From IMG/VR virus record IMGVR_UViG_3300009514_000007, positions 41,381-105,380 of that record: DNA of 64,000 nucleotides; one strand, written 5' to 3'. Position 1 is the stretch's first letter, and each line of letters starts with the position of its first letter. The translations under genes were made by a program, and so were the position numbers. Shown piece by piece: positions 20,567 through 30,210 of this stretch. The notes beneath the pieces were generated by a model. It was not told where the DNA came from. It was given only the letters and a program-made list of their open reading frames with translations, and made no database searches. Source of the stretch: a virus.

Positions 20567-23500
20567 ATGACGAGCGGGTACGGCTTCGATCCCTTCGGCG
20601 AAGGTCCATACGGATCTGTAGGGGGCGTGCTTATTCCCCCGCCCCACCCACCGGGCGGCGGATACGGCACGATGCCCTATGGGACGGGGCCTTACGGCGG
20701 AGTTTCGTACCCGCATCCGATTCCACCCGTCACTGACGGTTACGGCGGAATCCCCTACGGTCACGGATCCTATGGCTCGATCAGCCTAGAGGTCGGCGAG
20801 GTCACGGGTGCGACCTCGATCTCTGGGTTCCAACTGGAGGTCTTGTTCTCGACCTCCATGATCATCGACGCGACGCTGCTCGACCCGGCGTCGTACACGG
20901 TGACGGACATCGCAGGCGCGGCTCCGACGACGGTACTGAGTGTTCAGGTTGGAGTCGAAGGCGACCTTGGGGCTACGTCGGTCATTCTCACGACCACAGG
21001 CACGACGCTTGGAGGCACTTACGACATCACCGTGGTCGGCCCCAAGAACGTCGCAGGCACGCCCATCGAGGCAAGCCACCCGAACAACACAACGACCGTC
21101 CTGACCCGTGGTGAGCCGCCTGACTATGTGATCGACCCCTCGGCTGTTGTCGGGAACGAGATCACGATCACCTTCGACACGGATATGCTGCCCGAGGCCG
21201 GGTTCAGCCCTGGCATTGAGGACACGACCGCCTACAAGTTCATCCAACCGGCTGGTGTCGATCCGTATCCGGTGGAGATGACGGTGCTCGCAGTCGAGCA
21301 CCCCTACATGGGGGATCTATCGAAGGTCAACCTCACCGTCCAGGGCATGACCTCCGTTGCGTACCAGTCGGTGATCTCTCCGGCTGATGCGGTTCGGTGG
21401 GATGGGGACATTCTCCCCTCGGCGGCTGCGAGCTTTATCGGTACCGAGATCGGAACCGGAACCTCGTCGGTCAATACCACCGGACTCCTGCTCAGCAAGG
21501 GCCTCGGAGGCGGCTACGGGTGGGAATTCTCGGACACCACCGGCAAGGTACTACCGGGCTCGTCTTACCGAGCGGATGTCACGATCGACGTATCGGCGGC
21601 CGTGATCGCTCCGACTCTGTTCGACACGGTGTTCGCTACCTGGACGGTTTCGGATGGCGCAGTAGAGGCCACCATCACTCTGACTCGGGTTGCGGGCCTC
21701 GATTTCGTAGAGGTATCGAGTGGAGCGTTTTTCGTCACGGGCGCTCTCGCTTGGAGCAACGGCTTTGTTACGGTGTCGCTCGTCCGTAACCAAAAGGCCG
21801 ACACCTACACGGTCGTCGTCAACGACAACCCATTCGTCGCGGCCCCTACCGCGAGCTTCACAGGTGCTCCAACCATCGCTCCGGGTGCGCGCTTCATTCT
21901 CGACCCCGGTGGTGTTTACGCGATCACCAACCTCCCGCTGAAATCGGTTCTGTTCACATCGAGCCAAACCGTGTTCTCGGGAGCCTGGAATTTCCTGCAC
22001 GGCACGGGAAGCGTGTTCACGGGAAGCCCACTGCTCACTCGTGACAACCTACTCACGAAAAAAGGACCGCTGGTCAAGGGGTGGGGCGATGCGACACCCG
22101 CAACGAAACAGGATGTAGAGGTACGGATCAACGGCGTCCCCGTCGAGGTCGATCGAGTCAATCCGTATCTCGGCAAGATTTTCCCCACGATCCCAATCCC
22201 GCTGATGCCTCCCGGCGCGATTGAGGTCGAGGTTGACTACATTTGGTTCTGCTCGCCCCCGCTGGAGCTTGCAGGGCTCAACACGCCGGGCCTGGTCCTC
22301 AATAAGTACGACCTGCATCCCGGCAACAACATCGTTTTCTCGTCCGGCGTAGGGCTCCCTGGAGGCGGTTCGACTGAGGGCGAGCGATTCCCCTTTGGCG
22401 TTGTGCTCGGGCCTCGTGAGCCTCGCAAACCGCTGTTGATCTCGCACCGTTACATCGCCTACGAGAAGGAGTACACGGCCTCTCTCAATAGCCCGACCAC
22501 GCTGCTCCTAAATCGGAGCAACCATACGGTCGCGCTACCTGCCCAGAAGAAGGCGCCCGAGGGTGCCGTAGTCGCGTTCCTTGGTAACAAGGTGCCCACG
22601 GAGGCGGATCCGGTTTGGGTGCTGACTGGCGTGGACGCTAACCCAGATCCCGCTGAAAGCAACGTCACATCCGTCTACACCATCGTAGACGACCAGGCGG
22701 GTTCGTATGGGCAGGGCGATGTGGCGATGTATTCGCGGGAGGAAGACCTTTCCTTCGCATCGACCATCACCATCGTCACCCGGTTCCAATCGGACAAGGA
22801 TGACGCCACGTTCGATGGAGTGTTCTCTGGAGTGGGCTTCGGGGTCCACAACAATCAGCATCTCTATCTGGTTGGTGCGTTGCTCGTCAACGATGTGCAG
22901 CACGTCGCCATGTTGGTCGAGCCTTCGCGGTGGGAGGACGTGGAGTCCTGGCAGATCGCGTTTACAGCCCCGATCCAAATCGAGACGACGACCACGTTCT
23001 CCATCGCTACGGAGAATGTGCCGGCCCTTGTGCGCTCCGATGCCATCCTCGGTCGGAAGCCTCGGTTCCAGATCCTCGACGGAACACAGGCAGGGGTCTA
23101 CGAGATTGATTCGGTCGCGGATCAGACGGACGGAACCACAACCGTCACCGTCGTTGCGGACAACCCCTTCCCGAACAACCCCACCGTATTCGGCAACGCC
23201 TTTTTCGACATCCACTACGAGTCCAAGTGGGACGACGGAGAGGGAGGGGTGCGGCCCTCGACCTACCGCCTCGTCGTCAAATCGGATGTCAAAGGCACGC
23301 CGGAAGGGCGCGCGGAGCTTTACATCGGGGGCACTCTCGACGGCCTCGCGCTCACGCTTGAGGGCGCTCCAAGGTTCTCCCGCCCGCCGGACATCCCTCT
23401 GCTCCTGCCTGTGTCAGACAAGGGCCAGGTCTTTTTCGGGTCGGTCAGCCGCAAGGCTGCCAACGCGAGCGACTGGTCGTTCTACCGCTACGGCATCGAG

Positions 23501-26020
23501 CCCGATCGCTCGACCTTCCATTTCCGGGGCATCGTCGCTGCCGCAGAGATGAATGATCTGCCCGAGGACGATCCAAACAATATCTGGTTTTTCACGCAGA
23601 AATTCGGCGAGTCGGTCATCGACGCGACCGCCGACACCCTTCTGCTCAAGGGCACCTCTAGCAACGAGGTGCCCGAGGTCAATGGCCTGGACCTGACTTT
23701 TGGCTACGGGCGCATCGAGCCATTCCTTACGCGCCGCATGAATATCGACGTGGATGCGAAATTCCGGGTCGATAGCGGAATCCTCGGGGCAGGCGACGCG
23801 GAGATCATCGTCCGTGACGACCAGCGGGAGGTCCGGCTCTCCACGCTGCTCTACGAGGAAACGGGTACCAGGCAACTGCTCAACCTGCCTTCGGTGTCCC
23901 TTTCAGGCTTGCTCCTGCCTGACCTCCAGGGATGGGGGAAAACCGGCTCGGTCGTGGGGGAGAGCGTTCAAGGGCAACGGATCGAGTGGTCGCAGGCAAC
24001 CGGAGAGACGGTCGCCTACATTGAGAATTTCTCCGACCTTTTTCCTGACCCGTTGCCTTCCAAGGGTCGCATCTTGGAAGCCAGGTTCGCCGTCCCCTCG
24101 CTGACGACCACGGCCGTCACGGGAGACACGGGAATCATCTTCGGCACGGATGCGGACGACCCTGGTTCTGAGCGTGGTGTCGGCCTCGCTCTCCGTGTCC
24201 CCGTGGGAGGCGACCCGGCGCGTGTGGTGATGTTCTCGGTGGACACCGGGGCTGATGTCACGACCTACGATTTCGACTGGCAGGATGGCGAGTTTCACAC
24301 GTACCGTGTCCTGATCGACCCTGATCTCGACGCGGTGACGACCGTGTTGGATGACGTGGTGGTAGGCACCGTGCCGTTCACATCGTTTGCCGTGTCCTCA
24401 ACGGCGGACCAGATTGTCATTGGCCTCGTCAGTGCCGAAACCGTTGCGGAGGTCGAGCTTGACTCGTTCTCCGTAGTTGTCACGCCTCCGGTGACGGCCA
24501 AGCGCACCCTTGGAGTTTGGCTCGGGGGTGACCCCGACGAGATCACGAATTGGAAGATCCCACGGACGGACGGGCTCTCGGTTCCCAACGACGACCCGCT
24601 TGCAGTGATCGAGGAAATGGACTGGCGAGTGGATATGCTCGTCCGCATCCATAGAGATGTGACGTGGGGCGTCACCATTCTCCGACCTGATCTTCCGCCC
24701 CCGCCGTTCTTTACGGGAAATTTCGCCACGCAGATCACCGAGCCGAGCGCTGGTTGGATCAACGTGGAGTACCGCGATCTGCCGCTGCTCAAGAGCCCGC
24801 TGTTGCAGGGTACGAAGATCAGCCTTCTCCAATCGGCGACGCCACCGCCCCTCGGCTTTGTGGCTTTCGGCGCGCTCGACCCTCGCTCGATTTCGCAGCA
24901 GCGGTGGGACGAGGTTCGGTATCGAGTCTACGAGTACCCGAACGAGGACCTGATCGCCCCGCACCACATGGTCCTCAACCAGTACAACGTCATTTCCAGT
25001 GGCGAGCTAACCGAGGACATCACGATCGAAGAGGTCGAGGTCGTCTCGGTCAACAACTTTACGGTCAACTTGCGGGCGGCGAACATCACGGCCGACCGGG
25101 TGTTTAACCTCCAGTACGAGGACATCGACGGCAACACGGTCGTCCTACCCTGCGACCAATTCACGTTCGACCGTGAGACACAGATCCTCACGCTCAACGG
25201 CGATCTGACCTTCCGGCCGTTGGCCTTTTCCGAGCCAGGGCCGTCACCGGAGGACGACGCGATCGAGGAAGCCGGAGAGACGGCAGCCAGTTTCCTCCAA
25301 ACCACCGGGTTCGTGCTCGACAGCGATCTGGTGAACATCCCTGTGATCGTCCGGTTCAACCCCGGCAAGCCGGTTACCAAAACGTATCTGTGCTCGCAGC
25401 CGTTGGAAAACGGGATCACGAATCTCAACGAGGGCACGCCCCCGTACCCTAAGCATCAGACAGGGACGGAGCCTGGTTCGGTCACGTTCGGGTCGAAGAT
25501 CAACGACCCCCACGACACGCTCACGGACGACCCTGATTTCATTCTCAACGATCCGTATCGATCGATCGAATTCGACCCGAGAGATCCGAACGATCGTTAC
25601 GAGTGTCTGGAATTTTGCGAGGTCACGAACGAGGGTAAGACTCACCTGCTTTCGGCCATTTGCGATGATTCGTGCCCCGGCTCGGGCTGGATCGAGATGG
25701 CGCTGGAGGGCGTGGCCTTCCACGAAACCGAGCTTTTCCCATTGATCCAAGATGGCCCCAACGGCGGGGCAGGCGGAAACGGCCAGGGAGGGGGTGTTCC
25801 CAACGTGTTCTTGCACGCGATGGGTGGCGCTGCGCCACCCGGAGGCACCCTCAACAACACGATCTTGTTCCCGCCACCTTCACCGAGCGGCGGGGGCGCA
25901 GGGCCTCCCGTGGGCGGTCCTGGCGGTACTGTCCAATGGAGTGTGTGGGGCACCCTCTACGACACGGTGTCTGGCACGACCACCCCCCTCTATTTCGACA
26001 AACAGACTCCGTTCCCGTAG
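20567..26020 (+). CDS. Large baseplate/fibre-associated protein with Ig-like and beta-sandwich repeats (1817 aa)
   Basis: N-terminal GYGxxP(F/Y)GxGxYG x3. Two Big_5-like Ig domains (LEVLFSTSM..., ITITFDTDM...) and ConA/LamG-like segments (FDWQDGEFHTYRV). Confidence 0.7.
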   Translation: MTSGYGFDPFGEGPYGSVGGVLIPPPHPPGGGYGTMPYGTGPYGGVSYPHPIPPVTDGYGGIPYGHGSYGSISLEVGEVTGATSISGFQLEVLFSTSMIIDATLLDPASYTVTDIAGAAPTTVLSVQVGVEGDLGATSVILTTTGTTLGGTYDITVVGPKNVAGTPIEASHPNNTTTVLTRGEPPDYVIDPSAVVGNEITITFDTDMLPEAGFSPGIEDTTAYKFIQPAGVDPYPVEMTVLAVEHPYMGDLSKVNLTVQGMTSVAYQSVISPADAVRWDGDILPSAAASFIGTEIGTGTSSVNTTGLLLSKGLGGGYGWEFSDTTGKVLPGSSYRADVTIDVSAAVIAPTLFDTVFATWTVSDGAVEATITLTRVAGLDFVEVSSGAFFVTGALAWSNGFVTVSLVRNQKADTYTVVVNDNPFVAAPTASFTGAPTIAPGARFILDPGGVYAITNLPLKSVLFTSSQTVFSGAWNFLHGTGSVFTGSPLLTRDNLLTKKGPLVKGWGDATPATKQDVEVRINGVPVEVDRVNPYLGKIFPTIPIPLMPPGAIEVEVDYIWFCSPPLELAGLNTPGLVLNKYDLHPGNNIVFSSGVGLPGGGSTEGERFPFGVVLGPREPRKPLLISHRYIAYEKEYTASLNSPTTLLLNRSNHTVALPAQKKAPEGAVVAFLGNKVPTEADPVWVLTGVDANPDPAESNVTSVYTIVDDQAGSYGQGDVAMYSREEDLSFASTITIVTRFQSDKDDATFDGVFSGVGFGVHNNQHLYLVGALLVNDVQHVAMLVEPSRWEDVESWQIAFTAPIQIETTTTFSIATENVPALVRSDAILGRKPRFQILDGTQAGVYEIDSVADQTDGTTTVTVVADNPFPNNPTVFGNAFFDIHYESKWDDGEGGVRPSTYRLVVKSDVKGTPEGRAELYIGGTLDGLALTLEGAPRFSRPPDIPLLLPVSDKGQVFFGSVSRKAANASDWSFYRYGIEPDRSTFHFRGIVAAAEMNDLPEDDPNNIWFFTQKFGESVIDATADTLLLKGTSSNEVPEVNGLDLTFGYGRIEPFLTRRMNIDVDAKFRVDSGILGAGDAEIIVRDDQREVRLSTLLYEETGTRQLLNLPSVSLSGLLLPDLQGWGKTGSVVGESVQGQRIEWSQATGETVAYIENFSDLFPDPLPSKGRILEARFAVPSLTTTAVTGDTGIIFGTDADDPGSERGVGLALRVPVGGDPARVVMFSVDTGADVTTYDFDWQDGEFHTYRVLIDPDLDAVTTVLDDVVVGTVPFTSFAVSSTADQIVIGLVSAETVAEVELDSFSVVVTPPVTAKRTLGVWLGGDPDEITNWKIPRTDGLSVPNDDPLAVIEEMDWRVDMLVRIHRDVTWGVTILRPDLPPPPFFTGNFATQITEPSAGWINVEYRDLPLLKSPLLQGTKISLLQSATPPPLGFVAFGALDPRSISQQRWDEVRYRVYEYPNEDLIAPHHMVLNQYNVISSGELTEDITIEEVEVVSVNNFTVNLRAANITADRVFNLQYEDIDGNTVVLPCDQFTFDRETQILTLNGDLTFRPLAFSEPGPSPEDDAIEEAGETAASFLQTTGFVLDSDLVNIPVIVRFNPGKPVTKTYLCSQPLENGITNLNEGTPPYPKHQTGTEPGSVTFGSKINDPHDTLTDDPDFILNDPYRSIEFDPRDPNDRYECLEFCEVTNEGKTHLLSAICDDSCPGSGWIEMALEGVAFHETELFPLIQDGPNGGAGGNGQGGGVPNVFLHAMGGAAPPGGTLNNTILFPPPSPSGGGAGPPVGGPGGTVQWSVWGTLYDTVSGTTTPLYFDKQTPFP

Positions 26021-26041
26021 CCCACGGGGGCACGGTAGCTG

Positions 26042-26048
26042 GCCTATG
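26042..26048 (+). promoter_or_regulatory. Candidate late promoter variant GCCTATG
   Basis: One-base variant of GCCTATA in the 56-nt gap, 28 nt upstream of ATG 26077. Confidence 0.4.
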
Positions 26049-26076
26049 GAACACCCACAAACGAAGGCGGAAGCCA

Positions 26077-26751
26077 ATGTCTAAGCGCGAATCAAAAATC
26101 CGGGTCCAAGACCGGATCCAAACCGTCTCCCGAGCGGGGGTCAAGTGGGGCGCCGCCGTTCTGCACGAGGAACAAATGGTCCTCCCGGTCAAGGGGAGCG
26201 TGTTTCTGGAGATGCGCGATGCCCGTACCGGCGAGATTCTGGAAAAGTGGGAGAAGCACAACGTCATTACCTTTGACGCTGGAATCCTCGCGGCCCGACT
26301 GTTCAAGGATCCGTTGGAGCCCGCTCATGGGATCAACATGCTTGCGATCGGAACGGGAGGTTTGGGCGCGCTCCTGAACCCGGATGCGCCGAGCAAAGAG
26401 CAGCGCCGGCTCAACAATGAGATCGCGCGCAAGCCCTTTTCCACGACCTCGTTCCGTGACTCACAAGGGGCGGCTGTCGCCATCCCCACGAACGTAGTCG
26501 ATTTCACCGCGACCTTCGATGAAGCGGAGGCTGTCGGAGCCCTCAATGAGATGGGGCTGATGTCCACCATCTCCGACAACGTGGGCATCTTGAATCCGAA
26601 CACGAACGCCGCAGGGCAAGGAGGCCAGGCTTACGACCCGACAGTGGATGTGACGCAATTCGACATGCAGGTCAACCACCTCACCTTTGGCGTGATCGTC
26701 AAACCCGCTACGGCGATCTTGACGATCACCTGGCGCTTGACATTCGGATAG
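26077..26751 (+). CDS. Tail-collar/fibre attachment protein (P2 gpH N-terminal-like, 224 aa)
   Basis: Start moved from the track's 25672, which overlaps the upstream gene, to ATG 26077 after GAAGG. HNVITFDAG...MLAIGTGG...LNNEIARK...FDEAEAVGALNEMGL pattern. Confidence 0.7.
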   Translation: MSKRESKIRVQDRIQTVSRAGVKWGAAVLHEEQMVLPVKGSVFLEMRDARTGEILEKWEKHNVITFDAGILAARLFKDPLEPAHGINMLAIGTGGLGALLNPDAPSKEQRRLNNEIARKPFSTTSFRDSQGAAVAIPTNVVDFTATFDEAEAVGALNEMGLMSTISDNVGILNPNTNAAGQGGQAYDPTVDVTQFDMQVNHLTFGVIVKPATAILTITWRLTFG

Positions 26752-26752
26752 C

Positions 26753-29700
26753 ATGGCCCGTCACGACAAATTCCTCCCTGGAACGTCCCGGTACCTCAAG
26801 CCGGGTGAAACGGGATACAGCCAGGTCGTGTATCAGGCCGGCAAGCCTGTTCTGGATTCGGAGTTGAATTTCGACCAGGAGATCCGCACGCATCTGCGGT
26901 CGATCCTGGCGGAACGTCGTGTGCCAAGCGGGTGGGTGCGTGGGCAGACACGAGCCAACGCCTACGAGGACTACTCGTTCGATGCCCCATGGCTCGCGGG
27001 TCCGACTCTTAACCCTGATTTCCTCGCCAATGCTTTCCACCTGCGAAAGCTCCAAGCGATCGTTGCCGGCCACCTTGTCGATGTCGAGTACACGAATACC
27101 GACACAGACGGCGACAACGTGATTGTCCTTGACCGGGCAACCATCTTCGATGGGACTCCGCCGTCGTTCAAACGCACCGATTTCGTGTGGCTTGAGGTCT
27201 GGCTGGCACTGGTCGAGGACAGCCCGAATGCCACTGGCACCTTCACCATCGCTTCTCCCGTCACCGCTCTCCCTGGCGACACGGTGACTGTGGACGGCGT
27301 GGTGCTCACGGGCATCGCTCCGGGTCCGCCTCCCCTTCCCAACGAATTCACGATCGACCCGGCGTCGGCGACGAACACGGCAGCTAGCCTTGCGGCCCAG
27401 ATCCCCGGCGTCGTTCCTACGGTCACGACTCAAGTGAACGGGAACGTGGTCACGGTGATTGCTGTGGCTTCGGGTGCCGTTGGCAACCTGATCACCTTTT
27501 CGGCTACGGGTGTCGGCATCTTGGTGTTCCCAGGTACGGGGTTCCTTGGCGGTGGCGCAGACAAGCCGAACAAGCCCGCAGAGGATCTGATCTACCGGCA
27601 CGGTAACATTCAGTCGTCCACGACGGTCGCGCTGCCCGACGACATCGCCGATCCGGTCTTGAACGCTGAGTCCACGAAACGGGTTCAGGTCCAATACTGC
27701 ATCCGTCACTCGGGCGTAGCCGAGGGTGTCGATTTCAAGAGCCAAGCGGATGGGTTCTCCAATGCGGCTGTACTCGCACAAGGGCCGCAGCCTGCTCCTG
27801 TCGCCCTGTACCCGTTCGTTCCGGCCGACCTCAAATCGTTCCGCGACAACAGCGATGCCCGTGATCAGGTTGCAGGCACGGGGGTCGGCTACGGCATCGA
27901 AGACACGGGCTTGTGGATCGCCGGAGATGGTACGTCCTCGTCGGCGACTGACCTCGGAACCGTCGATGGGTACGTGTACGCGATTCCGATCTGCTTCGCC
28001 TTCCGTCGTAACGATGCTCAAGGGGGCGCGGGCTTTGAGCCTTTGCAAAACACGAACGGTGCCCTCGCGCACAATCATGGCCCGTTCGTCAACCCAAGCA
28101 TTTACTCCGTCGTGGCTATGGGTGAATCGGATCGGCCTGACCAGGCATTCCACGATGCGATCCGAGACAACGACATCCTCGACCTTCGCCGGCACACCAG
28201 TTTCCAAGGCGTAGACCTTGCGGCCGAGTTGCAACACCAGATGCAGTCGCTTCTGGACGGCAATTTCCGAACGTGGGCCATCGACGGGGCGGACAAGAAC
28301 GTGCTTGGGGCGGGCTCAGGAGATGTTTCTACGCGCTTCATGGTCTGCAACCAAGTGGGGCGCACCGAGACGAACCCGCCCGGCCTGAATGGCGTGGCGC
28401 CGCTCTCAGGCAACACCACGCGCGGCGACACGATCCGCAACTTTGACCACGTAGCTCGTCGTTTCGGCGACCAGTCGGTTGTTGAACGGTTCGTACTCAG
28501 CTTTACGCCCCCCGAAGATTTCGCCACGAACCCTGGCAAGTTTGTGACCCGAGCAGGGTATGCGGCAGCCTTTGCCGGATGGGCCGAGGGTGACGTGCTC
28601 AACCTCGATTTCGCCGCCCTCAATGCGACGACGCTCGGTGATTTCGACCCCACTTACACGTCCTTGCCGCTTGGCGACGTGTTCGATTTCATGCCTGCGG
28701 GCACGATCATCACCGATGTCCTGTCGATCTACCACGATGACGGAAACTACGATTCGGTGGAGGATCAGCGGTGCAAGCCATCGCTGATTGTCGGCTTGGG
28801 TACTGAGCACGTCGAGATCACGCTCGATGCCAACGCGACTCAGGTAAACGGGGGCGTGGATACGGGCGCCGTCTATCACGACATGGTTGGCACGCTGATC
28901 TCAGGGGACGTGGGGTCCGCGCGGCGCATCTTCTTGGAGATCGAGGTCACCTACCCACTCGGCGAGGGTCTGACCGATACCCCCGATTTGGAGGTCGTGC
29001 AGGACGCGGCGCCTTATCCTCACGGCCCGTTGATCGAGAACGACATCACGCTCGCCCAACGACCTCCCGACATGGAGAACCCGCTGGCTCCGAATTTCCG
29101 TCCAGGGTTCCGCGAGGTTCAGCTTGAATACATCGCTCGTGACCCAACAGGGGGCGTCGCCAATGCGGGCGCTCCGATTGGATCCATCACGGCTGAGTCG
29201 ATCGTATCTCGTAACGACCTGGAGCTTGTGCTTGGACGACGCGCCTTCGGCTCGACGGTTTCGACCATCGGCGTGACTGATCAGGTCGATTTTGGGGGCC
29301 GCACGCTCGACGTGGGGGCTACCGATTTCGGGTCCTCGTCTCGCCTCGTCACGTTGCTTAACTCCGGCCTGGCTCCGGCTGTGCCGCTCTCAGGTGCAGG
29401 GCAGACGTTGTGCGCCGTGACCTACTTTGCCCAAGACCCTATCCCCAACTACGGCCCGAATGGCGCCGGGTATCAGGTCGGCGTGTACTATCGATCCAAC
29501 GCTCCGCAGACGGTCGGGGTGAAGGCAGGTGTGATCACGACGGGCGGGGTGTCTGATTTCCCCTACACCGGAGCCACGGGACCGTTGCCCGAGGAAATGA
29601 TCGTGGAGCCGCTGGTCATGGCGGACAGCCTGTGGACCGGCACGGTGGGGATGGGCTCGGTCGAGCTTCCGTTCCCGTACTTTGCGCCGCTGGATCAGAT

Positions 29701-30208
29701 CCCGATCAACGACGGCAGTACCTCTCCTGTACCTCCGGCGCCTGGCGATGAATTCCCCGGTGAGTGGTACTTTGCGGCCACGGCCAACATCTCGATCGAT
29801 GATTTCGATGCACAGACGGGCCTGCTTGCCTTGCACCCATTCGTTCAAGTGGACGGGACTCAGGAGTACACGATAGGCGGAGTCAACATTGACGAGACGC
29901 CGTTCAAGGACGCCGAATTCCGGGCCGCGTACCCGGTGATCAACCTCGACACGTATCGTCCCACGGTGTTCTCACAGCCGCTCAGCGGCGTGGTCCGACA
30001 CAAGGTTTTCTTGCCGTTCCTGGCCCGAGCAACCGCCGACTCGGTTCTGTTCCGCAAGCACGAGATTTTGCTCGTCGTGATCAGCCGATGGGCTGAGTTG
30101 GACGACGAAAACACGGTCAGGTTCATCGACACCGATGCTGGCAACCGTACTTGTGCGGGGGTCTATCGGACACGGAGCCTTCTACTGACGGCAGGTAACG
30201 GAGAGTAA
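26753..30208 (+). CDS. DUF4815-like virion protein, paralogue 1 (1151 aa)
   Basis: N-terminal YSQVVYQAGKPVLDSELN. Shares several blocks with 38759-44377 (DFVWLEVW, TVDGYVYAIP, RPD...D...DLRR). Confidence 0.7.
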   Translation: MARHDKFLPGTSRYLKPGETGYSQVVYQAGKPVLDSELNFDQEIRTHLRSILAERRVPSGWVRGQTRANAYEDYSFDAPWLAGPTLNPDFLANAFHLRKLQAIVAGHLVDVEYTNTDTDGDNVIVLDRATIFDGTPPSFKRTDFVWLEVWLALVEDSPNATGTFTIASPVTALPGDTVTVDGVVLTGIAPGPPPLPNEFTIDPASATNTAASLAAQIPGVVPTVTTQVNGNVVTVIAVASGAVGNLITFSATGVGILVFPGTGFLGGGADKPNKPAEDLIYRHGNIQSSTTVALPDDIADPVLNAESTKRVQVQYCIRHSGVAEGVDFKSQADGFSNAAVLAQGPQPAPVALYPFVPADLKSFRDNSDARDQVAGTGVGYGIEDTGLWIAGDGTSSSATDLGTVDGYVYAIPICFAFRRNDAQGGAGFEPLQNTNGALAHNHGPFVNPSIYSVVAMGESDRPDQAFHDAIRDNDILDLRRHTSFQGVDLAAELQHQMQSLLDGNFRTWAIDGADKNVLGAGSGDVSTRFMVCNQVGRTETNPPGLNGVAPLSGNTTRGDTIRNFDHVARRFGDQSVVERFVLSFTPPEDFATNPGKFVTRAGYAAAFAGWAEGDVLNLDFAALNATTLGDFDPTYTSLPLGDVFDFMPAGTIITDVLSIYHDDGNYDSVEDQRCKPSLIVGLGTEHVEITLDANATQVNGGVDTGAVYHDMVGTLISGDVGSARRIFLEIEVTYPLGEGLTDTPDLEVVQDAAPYPHGPLIENDITLAQRPPDMENPLAPNFRPGFREVQLEYIARDPTGGVANAGAPIGSITAESIVSRNDLELVLGRRAFGSTVSTIGVTDQVDFGGRTLDVGATDFGSSSRLVTLLNSGLAPAVPLSGAGQTLCAVTYFAQDPIPNYGPNGAGYQVGVYYRSNAPQTVGVKAGVITTGGVSDFPYTGATGPLPEEMIVEPLVMADSLWTGTVGMGSVELPFPYFAPLDQIPINDGSTSPVPPAPGDEFPGEWYFAATANISIDDFDAQTGLLALHPFVQVDGTQEYTIGGVNIDETPFKDAEFRAAYPVINLDTYRPTVFSQPLSGVVRHKVFLPFLARATADSVLFRKHEILLVVISRWAELDDENTVRFIDTDAGNRTCAGVYRTRSLLLTAGNGE

Positions 30209-30210
30209 AA

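Noticed and set aside
25672-26076. N-terminal extension of the tail-collar ORF as given in the ORF track
   Set aside because: It overlaps the 1817-aa gene in another frame; ATG 26077 has an RBS and a promoter-like motif.
10611-26751. Bacterial extracellular contractile injection system or tailocin instead of a phage
   Set aside because: The same contig carries DnaB, SNF2, a DNA MTase, GroEL, a holin-like gene and typical phage hypotheticals, and no bacterial housekeeping context is visible.
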